A DNA stretch of 64,000 bases, from the IMG/VR virus record IMGVR_UViG_3300015050_001305, one strand, 5' to 3'. Below, piece by piece: positions 57,131-64,000 of this stretch (position 1 is the first letter of the stretch; every line of letters starts with the position of its first letter). The stretch comes from an uncultured virus (IMG/VR IMGVR_UViG_3300015050_001305). Lineage: Duplodnaviria > Heunggongvirae > Uroviricota > Caudoviricetes. Under the pieces are notes generated by a model that was not told the origin of the DNA, did not search any database, and worked only from the letters and a program-made list of their open reading frames with translations. The position numbers were made by a program, and so were the translations under genes.

Positions 57131-59170
57131 ATGAGTATTGTAGTTCAACAAAATGTCTGGGTAGCCATTTACCCCTATGCTCAGCGCCAGGTGCCCAAGG
57201 ATGCCGGCTTTGCCTGGCACGGCGACGACTGTCGACCGAGCTGTGCGGGCTGCAAGATTGGCCTGCGGCACAAGGTTTGGTGGACGGCTAAACCTGAATG
57301 CGCGGCACTATTGCGGTCGGAATGTGATGAGGCAGCCTTGGCGCTCTTAACGCGGCATATCACCAGCGTAGAGGCGTCCAAGGCCATGGATGCTGATATC
57401 GATGTGCCTGTACCGCCTGGGTTGGCTTATTTGCCTTACCAGAAGGGTGCGATTGCCTATGCGCTGGCGCGGCCTAATACGCTAATCGCAGACGAAATGG
57501 GGCTTGGCAAGTCGATTGAGGCGCTGGGTATCATCAATGCGTCTCCGCATGTCAAATCGGCGCTGCTGATTGTGCCGGCTTCGCTACGGCTGAATTGGGC
57601 GCGTGAGGCGAAGAAGTGGCTAGTACGTGACGTTAAGACGTTTGTGGTGGAGGAATCTAAGAGTCAGATTCCTGCAGATGCTGAGCTGGTCATTGTTAAC
57701 TACGATCTGATTCGTAGCAAGCGCGTGAACCATCCTGGAGGGCTGTTGGATACGAGTGGCAAGCTGGTTAGACAGCTGCAGTCTTCGCTCATTCATGCAC
57801 AGCTCATGGCGCGCAGCTGGGATGTCATGATTGTCGATGAATGCCATCGTTTGAAGGATACGAAAGCGCTTCAGTCTATTGCCATGTTTGGCGTTGCTGA
57901 GCAGAAGCGTAAGGGTATTACGGCGGTGCCGGGGTTGATGCATCAGGCGAAACAGATGGTGTTTTTATCTGGTACGCCATTCCAGAATAAGCCTATTGAG
58001 ATTCAACCTATTTTGGCAGCCTTGGTGCCATCTGAGTTCGGTAACTTTTTTGCTTTTGCGAAGAAGTATTGCAATGCGCATCAGGATGATCGCGGCCACT
58101 GGGACTTCGACGGCGCATCGAATATGCCTGAGTTGCAAGAAAAGCTGCGTTCAACGTGTATGGTGCGGCGGCTCAAGCGGGATGTGATGCGCGAATTGCC
58201 ACCGAAGCGTCGGCAGGTAATTCTGCTGCCTGCGGATGGCGCGGCCAAGGCGGTGGCGGCTGAGACCAAGGCTTGGGCAATGCATGAAGAGCGTTTGGCT
58301 ATTTTGCGCAATGAGGCTGATTATGCGCATGCGGCGAATGATCAGACAGCGTACAAAGCGGCGGCTGAAGCACTGCGGGCAGCTGGCAAGATAGGTTTTG
58401 AGGAGATTGCGCAAGAGCGCAAGAATGTCGCCATGGCTAAGCTGCCTAGGGTGATTGCGCATCTCGAAGATGCCTTTGCGCAGGGCATCGAGAAAATTGT
58501 TTTATTTTGTTATCACCACGATGTCAGTAATGCCTTGATGGCTCACTTTGGTGATGCTGCCGTTAAGCTGACAGGAGAAGTGACATCTAATAATGAACGC
58601 CAGCTGGCGGTAGACAGATTTCAAACCGACCCAGCTGTAAAGTTATTCGTCGGATCTATTGGCGCAGCCGGCGTGGGCCATACGTTAACCGCGTCCTCTA
58701 CGGTTATCTTTGCTGAGTTGGATTGGGTGCCGGCCAACGTTTCTCAGGCGGAAGATCGATGTCACCGAATTGGTGCTTCGCTACATACCAACGTGCTGGT
58801 GCAGCATCTGGTACTTGACGGATCTATTGATGCACGAATGGTGCAGCTGTTAATCGAAAAGCAGGAAATTGCGGACGCCGCCTTGGACCTGGCTACGGAG
58901 ATTGACGTACCCGTGACGGCAACTATCTTACGGCGGCCAGGTTATTATCCTGAGGTGTCAGCGCTAAAGCAAAGTGCTGTCCATCGGGCGATGCAACACC
59001 TGTTGCAACTGCCCGCCTTTGATAAAATCGATATCAGCGTAGGCCGGAAGCTCGCATTGGCGGAGACCCTGACGGATGGCCAAGCTTGGATGGCAGAGGC
59101 CTTGGCCAAGAAATATCGTATTCAATTAACCAGTGAGATCTTAGTCGGTATGGGCTTAGATCCTTTCTGA
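57131..59170 (+). CDS. SNF2-family (SMARCAL1/HARP-like) DNA helicase/translocase
   Basis: LIADEMGLGKS, DECH, LSGTP, RRLKRDV, QAEDRCHRIG. Confidence 0.92.
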   Translation: MSIVVQQNVWVAIYPYAQRQVPKDAGFAWHGDDCRPSCAGCKIGLRHKVWWTAKPECAALLRSECDEAALALLTRHITSVEASKAMDADIDVPVPPGLAYLPYQKGAIAYALARPNTLIADEMGLGKSIEALGIINASPHVKSALLIVPASLRLNWAREAKKWLVRDVKTFVVEESKSQIPADAELVIVNYDLIRSKRVNHPGGLLDTSGKLVRQLQSSLIHAQLMARSWDVMIVDECHRLKDTKALQSIAMFGVAEQKRKGITAVPGLMHQAKQMVFLSGTPFQNKPIEIQPILAALVPSEFGNFFAFAKKYCNAHQDDRGHWDFDGASNMPELQEKLRSTCMVRRLKRDVMRELPPKRRQVILLPADGAAKAVAAETKAWAMHEERLAILRNEADYAHAANDQTAYKAAAEALRAAGKIGFEEIAQERKNVAMAKLPRVIAHLEDAFAQGIEKIVLFCYHHDVSNALMAHFGDAAVKLTGEVTSNNERQLAVDRFQTDPAVKLFVGSIGAAGVGHTLTASSTVIFAELDWVPANVSQAEDRCHRIGASLHTNVLVQHLVLDGSIDARMVQLLIEKQEIADAALDLATEIDVPVTATILRRPGYYPEVSALKQSAVHRAMQHLLQLPAFDKIDISVGRKLALAETLTDGQAWMAEALAKKYRIQLTSEILVGMGLDPF

Positions 59171-59187
59171 ATCTATGGGTATAGCTA

Positions 59188-59475
59188 ATGACCACGAACA
59201 ATGCCAATGTCGCTGCCATGTCTGCGCCATCAAGTCCCCAAACCGTTAATGAGCTAATCGACCAACTGCTTGAGCGATTAGATGGCGACGGTGAAATATC
59301 CGTGCCAGTTACACTGCTGCGTACGATTTGCAAGCAGCTCGTCGCACGCGGTCAACTGATTGGCGCTTACAAGAAGTTACTGACCTATGCCGCCGATGAA
59401 ATCAGCCTCAACGCTAACGACCCTGAATTAGTAGCAGTAATTACCAACGCAATCAAAGATATGAACAACCCATGA
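59188..59475 (+). CDS. Hypothetical protein
   Basis: ORF track. Confidence 0.6.
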   Translation: MTTNNANVAAMSAPSSPQTVNELIDQLLERLDGDGEISVPVTLLRTICKQLVARGQLIGAYKKLLTYAADEISLNANDPELVAVITNAIKDMNNP

Positions 59476-59918
59476 TTTATAAAATTATCAATCCCTCCGA
59501 CGCTCTGACCCTGGAAGCTGATGTCGCCGATGAAGCCTTGGCAGGCTTGGCTATTATTATCCTGAGTAAAGGCAATTATGGGCTTACGGATGCCAATGAT
59601 GTAACCGTCTGTCCTATCTTTGCCTTCTCATGCCCTGAGCGCTTAGTCGAGTGGCTGGGAGATCGAAATATTAGCAACGGGTCCGCCGATGAGTTCATCC
59701 TCGCCAATGGTGACAAACTAGCTACTATTCTGGAATCAGTTGTCTATGGCAACGTTTCAGATCGTCGCCTCTTGGTCAGCGCCATGGCCGCTATGGAACC
59801 TGCTGTTGCTGCTCAGTACCTGGCCGAATGGAACGATACTAAGCGAAGCTCCATGACCAACATCCGCGCCAAGGCCTTAGAGTTGGCCAGCCATTTACGT
59901 CAACGTGCAAAACATTAA
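59472..59918 (+). CDS. Hypothetical phage protein
   Basis: IINPSD...RSSMTNI. Confidence 0.7.
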   Translation: MIYKIINPSDALTLEADVADEALAGLAIIILSKGNYGLTDANDVTVCPIFAFSCPERLVEWLGDRNISNGSADEFILANGDKLATILESVVYGNVSDRRLLVSAMAAMEPAVAAQYLAEWNDTKRSSMTNIRAKALELASHLRQRAKH

Positions 59919-59962
59919 CGCAATCTATGAAAGATCACACCTCCTGGCTTGTAGGTACAACT

Positions 59963-61363
59963 ATGAAAATTATCAATGTCAGACTCGGCCTCGCTACCAA
60001 TAGCTCATCCACTCACTCAATCATCTTTTTGCCCAAAGATAAAAATATGCGGTCTACCGACAGCGAGGGCAGTCGTTATGGCTGGGATTATTTCCACCTA
60101 GCAGACAAAGCAAGCAAGCTAGACTACCTTGCCACTTCACTAATGACGCAACTTCAGACAGAACTAGGCGAAGATATCGCAAGATCTGTCGTTAATGATT
60201 GGTGCAAGAGCGACCTGGACTTTGATGATACCTATTACGTAGACCATCAGTCGACCTTGACCTTCCCGCGAAACTGGGACGGCAAAGGCCTGGACCGCAA
60301 ATTCTTTGATGCATTCAAAGAATTTATTGTTCACGATGATATTGTTATCGCTGGCGGCAATGACAATGACGACGAACGACCTTATGCAATTGAAGCTGGC
60401 GGCAGAGATCTTGACTCATTACCTGTAGAGTCATACAGCGCACCATGGGTAGCACGCCAGGACCATGACTATTGGACTATTTTTAATCGTGATTCAGGTG
60501 CAAAAATTCGGCTTGCCCTCGCATCGCCATTCAATGCGATGCCTCGGCGCAGCACCGCGCCTGAGCTGATTGACATTAAGATTACGGACTACTGCCCATT
60601 TAATTGCGAATTCTGCTACCAGGATTCAACCTTAAAAGGTGCGCATGCAGACTATGGATGGTTGCAATCACTTGCCTTTCACCTAGGAGATCAAAAAGTA
60701 TTTGAAGTCGCACTCGGCGGCGGCGAACCAACCCTGCATCCTAAATTCGTGGAAATCCTGGCCATGTTTCGTTACAGCGGCGTCGTGCCAAACTTTACAA
60801 CTAAAAATCTTGGTTGGTTAAAAGATGAAGTGACCCGCGACAAGATTTTGAAATATACAGGCGCATTTGCCTACTCAGCTCAAACCGCCGAAGATGTCAG
60901 AGCGTTTGTAGCGGCATTGCCCAAGAATTTGAAATTTGAAAAGCGGGTAACGATCCAACATGTTGTAGGTGTCGTCGATGCCGATGAATTCAAGGCCGTA
61001 CTTGAAGCCTGTGCCGACGCGCATTTCCCAATCACCTTACTGGGTTACAAAATGGTAGGACGAGGGCCAGCCTTTAGTCCCAAGACATCGTCTGCCTGGC
61101 TGAATATCGTGAAGGAAGTCTGCGAGCGGAGAAGTCTCCGCGTAGGTATTGATACAGCCTTGGCCGATGATCACTGGGATGACCTCAAGAATGCTGGGAT
61201 TTCTGAATGGTTGCTGACAAGGATCGAGGGTCAATTCTCCTGTTACATTGATGCCGTCGCAAAGACAATCAACACGTCTTCTTACACTACGCGGGCGGGC
61301 TCACCGATGGGGGACCTTCAGTTCGACATTCCAGCGCTGTACGCCGATTTGCCTCATCAGTAA
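59963..61363 (+). CDS. Radical SAM protein with N-terminal TNSSS domain
   Basis: CPFNCEFC, GGGEPTLHP, NFTT; N-terminal VRLGLATNSSSTH. Confidence 0.9.
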   Translation: MKIINVRLGLATNSSSTHSIIFLPKDKNMRSTDSEGSRYGWDYFHLADKASKLDYLATSLMTQLQTELGEDIARSVVNDWCKSDLDFDDTYYVDHQSTLTFPRNWDGKGLDRKFFDAFKEFIVHDDIVIAGGNDNDDERPYAIEAGGRDLDSLPVESYSAPWVARQDHDYWTIFNRDSGAKIRLALASPFNAMPRRSTAPELIDIKITDYCPFNCEFCYQDSTLKGAHADYGWLQSLAFHLGDQKVFEVALGGGEPTLHPKFVEILAMFRYSGVVPNFTTKNLGWLKDEVTRDKILKYTGAFAYSAQTAEDVRAFVAALPKNLKFEKRVTIQHVVGVVDADEFKAVLEACADAHFPITLLGYKMVGRGPAFSPKTSSAWLNIVKEVCERRSLRVGIDTALADDHWDDLKNAGISEWLLTRIEGQFSCYIDAVAKTINTSSYTTRAGSPMGDLQFDIPALYADLPHQ

Positions 61364-61405
61364 ATAAAGTGAAAGAATGGTCGGCTCAGTTGTAGTAGGT
61401 ATCAT

Positions 61406-62140
61406 ATGATTGATATTAAAAAATTACGGACGCTGGTTTTGAATTCTTCCCTTGGTCAATGGCGTCAAGTTGAAGTCAATGCAGCTGACCAATTCGAAGA
61501 ACCAAAAATGATGCCAGCCATCTACCTGAGTGATGGGGTAGCCATTACCTTGCCGAGCAATATTGCGCTGCTGCTTGCAATTCAGCAAGCTTTGCCAGAT
61601 TTGCTAACGATCGCCGAACGGGTGGAAACACTGGCAGCAACGAGGATGGAAGACGACATCTATGAGACGGCAGACCAGCGCGCCAAAGATGTGAGCGTCT
61701 TGGCTTATTGCGAAGCCAGCGAAAACCTATTTGCTGATTTTCAGCGTGCAACTGCCGTCACTCGGGCACCTTTGGCAGATCACCCCAAGAATGAATCAAT
61801 GGCGCTTATTGCGAATAACGCTAAGTCTTCGGGCCTTGTGCTCGAAGTAAAAGAACGCTGCGCTTTATATTATGATATCGATGCCATCGGCAATGACCTC
61901 TCGGACCTTGGGCTGGACGACGCCCCTAGCGGGTTGTCCATTTGGGAAGGTTACGCAGTTGACCTTGTTCAATCCTATTATGATTCAGATATCGAACATG
62001 AACTCCATGGCACCTTCAGAGCCCTGACGGTTGCCGAATGGGACTTGCTGCGAACTGGCAAGCCCCTCTTCCCGCCATCTGTAGATGATGACGAACAAAA
62101 TCCGCCGACCAAGTTATTACCGTATATTGGTTTGAAATGA
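61406..62140 (+). CDS. Hypothetical protein
   Basis: Promoter motif at 61371. Confidence 0.7.
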   Translation: MIDIKKLRTLVLNSSLGQWRQVEVNAADQFEEPKMMPAIYLSDGVAITLPSNIALLLAIQQALPDLLTIAERVETLAATRMEDDIYETADQRAKDVSVLAYCEASENLFADFQRATAVTRAPLADHPKNESMALIANNAKSSGLVLEVKERCALYYDIDAIGNDLSDLGLDDAPSGLSIWEGYAVDLVQSYYDSDIEHELHGTFRALTVAEWDLLRTGKPLFPPSVDDDEQNPPTKLLPYIGLK

Positions 62141-62586
62141 AGACAAAACGCAAATATCCTGACCGGCCAAGGTACCAACACTGCATTTTGCAATGTGCCG
62201 ACGGCACCAAGATTACAGCATGGCTCCCTAGTCATGCCGTGAAGCTAGATACGTTCTTGCCCGTCGACGAACAGGGTCGGCACTGGCGAATCAAGGCCGC
62301 AGGCTTGCCATGCCCTAAGCATGTAGCCATTAAATACGAACAAGTAAAGCATTTGCTCACTGATGCAACGCCAAGTGATAGCGCGCCAATCATTCTGGCA
62401 TCTCGCGAAGCGCTGCTGGCGGCAGCCTTGCCCTATGTATTCGAGGGCACGTCATGCGCAGGCGAAGCTACCTTTGGTCAAGTCTGTTACCATGTTGCTA
62501 GCGAGCATGCCTACACCAATTTTGGTTTAGCTGCGCTGCGTATTTTTTTTAATAATCGAATTATGGCTATGCCCAATGATGTCTGA
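62137..62586 (+). CDS. Hypothetical protein
   Basis: ORF track. Confidence 0.6.
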   Translation: MKTKRKYPDRPRYQHCILQCADGTKITAWLPSHAVKLDTFLPVDEQGRHWRIKAAGLPCPKHVAIKYEQVKHLLTDATPSDSAPIILASREALLAAALPYVFEGTSCAGEATFGQVCYHVASEHAYTNFGLAALRIFFNNRIMAMPNDV

Positions 62587-62595
62587 ACAGTTGCC

Positions 62596-62967
62596 ATGCA
62601 GCATAGGCAGCCTATGACTATATTCGTTTTTGGCAGCAACACTGCGGGTCGTCATGGCAAGGGCGCAGCTCTGGAAGCGCGCAGGGTCTGGGGCGCAAAG
62701 TATGGCATCGGCGAGGGTTTGACGGGTAATGCTTATGCAATTCCGACCAAAGACGATCAGCTTCAGACTAGATCTCTAGCGCTGATTCAGCTATCTGTTC
62801 AGATGTTCATTGATTTCGCTACAGCAAATCCCCAGTTGTCGTTCTTCGTGACAGCGATTGGCTGTGGGTTAGCCGGCTATCAGCCTAATGATATTGCGCC
62901 AATGTTTAAACATGCGCCAAGCAACTGCGAATTGCCAAAAGGTTGGCGTGACTGGGTTACATTTTGA
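62596..62967 (+). CDS. A1S_2505-like phage protein (macro-domain-related)
   Basis: IFVFGSN.AGRHGKGAA...GEGLTGNAYAIPTK...IGCGLAGY. Confidence 0.8.
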   Translation: MQHRQPMTIFVFGSNTAGRHGKGAALEARRVWGAKYGIGEGLTGNAYAIPTKDDQLQTRSLALIQLSVQMFIDFATANPQLSFFVTAIGCGLAGYQPNDIAPMFKHAPSNCELPKGWRDWVTF

Positions 62968-63022
62968 AAAGTTCCTGGCATCTACCATGACACCATTTTA
63001 CGAATTACGCTAAAAGCTATCT

Positions 63023-63376
63023 ATGAGCAGCAGAGACCACAGCACCACATGCGAAGCATGTAGCCACGCCTCAGGTGGCATCAATGACTTTCAATGCTCT
63101 TGTCAGTTGGAATCCAAGGCGTGGATCGGCACAACCACGCAGGCATCAGCAGCCCGCACACTGATGTATGCGCTCATTTATCCTGATCGCGATTTCGATG
63201 CGGCATGGGAGGCTGCGAGCCTGCAATGGGGCCTCTTCGGCGAAGTGCCGGCCAAGATTGCTTTACTTGAAGTCGCCCTCCTGGAAGCCTGCGACCTGGC
63301 TGCTCGCGCTGGTCGTCGGAACAAGCAAACACTTGCAAGAATTGCCACATTGCGTGCTAAAGCAACAGGCAAGTAG
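63023..63376 (+). CDS. Hypothetical protein
   Basis: ORF track. Confidence 0.55.
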   Translation: MSSRDHSTTCEACSHASGGINDFQCSCQLESKAWIGTTTQASAARTLMYALIYPDRDFDAAWEAASLQWGLFGEVPAKIALLEVALLEACDLAARAGRRNKQTLARIATLRAKATGK

Positions 63377-63493
63377 ACCTATTCTGCATTATTCAATAGG
63401 ATGGCACCATGATTCAATATCCTTCGCATGAGCAACTGTATCCTGACAATGTTATAAGCTGCTGAGTACACCTTGAAAGCGAAATAGGTAATT

Positions 63494-64000
63494 ATGTATC
63501 CATTTTTTTTACACTTGATACGCTTGCTCCTTAGCAAGATAGCTTATCGCGGCATACGCCATGAGCTTGACGAGAACGAATCCAACGCTGAGGCACCTCC
63601 GGCCAAGGAAGTCGCAGCCGAAGTGGCAGAGCTGCCTGCCGCAGTCGATGTTGCAGTAGCGGCGGCTGTTATTGTGCCGCTGGAAGATGTCGAGATAGCG
63701 CCAGTGGTGGCAGCGCCAGACGTAGATCAGCTGCCAATTCTAAGCGTAGGCATTGATGGATGGTTAATCGGCAAAAAAGTCGTCAAGGTGCCGACCGAAC
63801 GAGTCTATGCATGGAGATCTAAGAGCGGTAAACCGTTGGGCGCTTTATGGCATTGGACATCAACGGCGCATGGTACAGCGCTGACAATGGCGAAGCGGAT
63901 CGTCAAGGCACCTGGCACTTCAGTGCATTTATGGATTGAGCATGATGGCACAATTTACCAGTCAGCTCCGATGACTCGCGCAACTGGCCATGCAGGTGGC
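63494..64000 (+). CDS. N-acetylmuramoyl-L-alanine amidase (Amidase_2-like), truncated by window edge
   Basis: Manual translation: LWHWT...TSVHLWIEHDGTIYQSAPMTRATGHAGG. Confidence 0.75.
   Translation, partial: MYPFFLHLIRLLLSKIAYRGIRHELDENESNAEAPPAKEVAAEVAELPAAVDVAVAAAVIVPLEDVEIAPVVAAPDVDQLPILSVGIDGWLIGKKVVKVPTERVYAWRSKSGKPLGALWHWTSTAHGTALTMAKRIVKAPGTSVHLWIEHDGTIYQSAPMTRATGHAGG

Larger units (their letters stand above)
14763..61406. promoter_or_regulatory. Dispersed putative promoter G(C/A)AAG-N16-TGTA-N8/9-ATG, more than 50 copies on both strands
   Basis: Fixed spacing upstream of ORFs starting at e.g. 16418, 16913, 17208, 18492, 19252, 19488, 20070, 21351, 25110, 26996, 33223, 35826, 37957, 42451, 48421, 50139, 59963. 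Confidence 0.85.

Overview
Gene-dense segment (about 50% GC, judged by eye) that is almost certainly from a large phage genome. It carries over 100 small ORFs, mostly hypothetical, and I recognised no structural genes. There are three zones. (1) 0-15 kb: mostly minus-strand operons containing an expanded paralogue family with a conserved 'AAxYCxxMAxW...AEAEALLRTGWxP' frame, plus Lar-like zinc fingers and an ATP-grasp protein. (2) 16-41.5 kb: a modular region of one- or two-gene units. Each unit starts at a G(C/A)AAG-N16-TGTA-N8/9-ATG leaderless-type promoter motif, often back-to-back, and ends at an 18-bp palindrome GAAAACTC-NN-GAGTTTTC. This zone holds two HerA-like ATPases, a DUF932 protein, tRNA-Arg(UCU), a candidate structured RNA, and two tandem ECF-type sigma factors set in a cluster of near-consensus sigma70 promoters. 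(3) 42-64 kb: plus-strand operons with Trp-rich repeat proteins, a cas-less 4-repeat type I-F-like CRISPR mini-array (47670-47875), a SNF2 helicase, a radical SAM protein, a tandem DUF2829/Tad2-like protein and an amidase. The strongest candidates for a new system are a putative host-sigma70 to phage-ECF to leaderless-cassette regulon bounded by palindromes, and the operon-embedded I-F mini-array. All family assignments come from motif recognition by eye, not from database searches.
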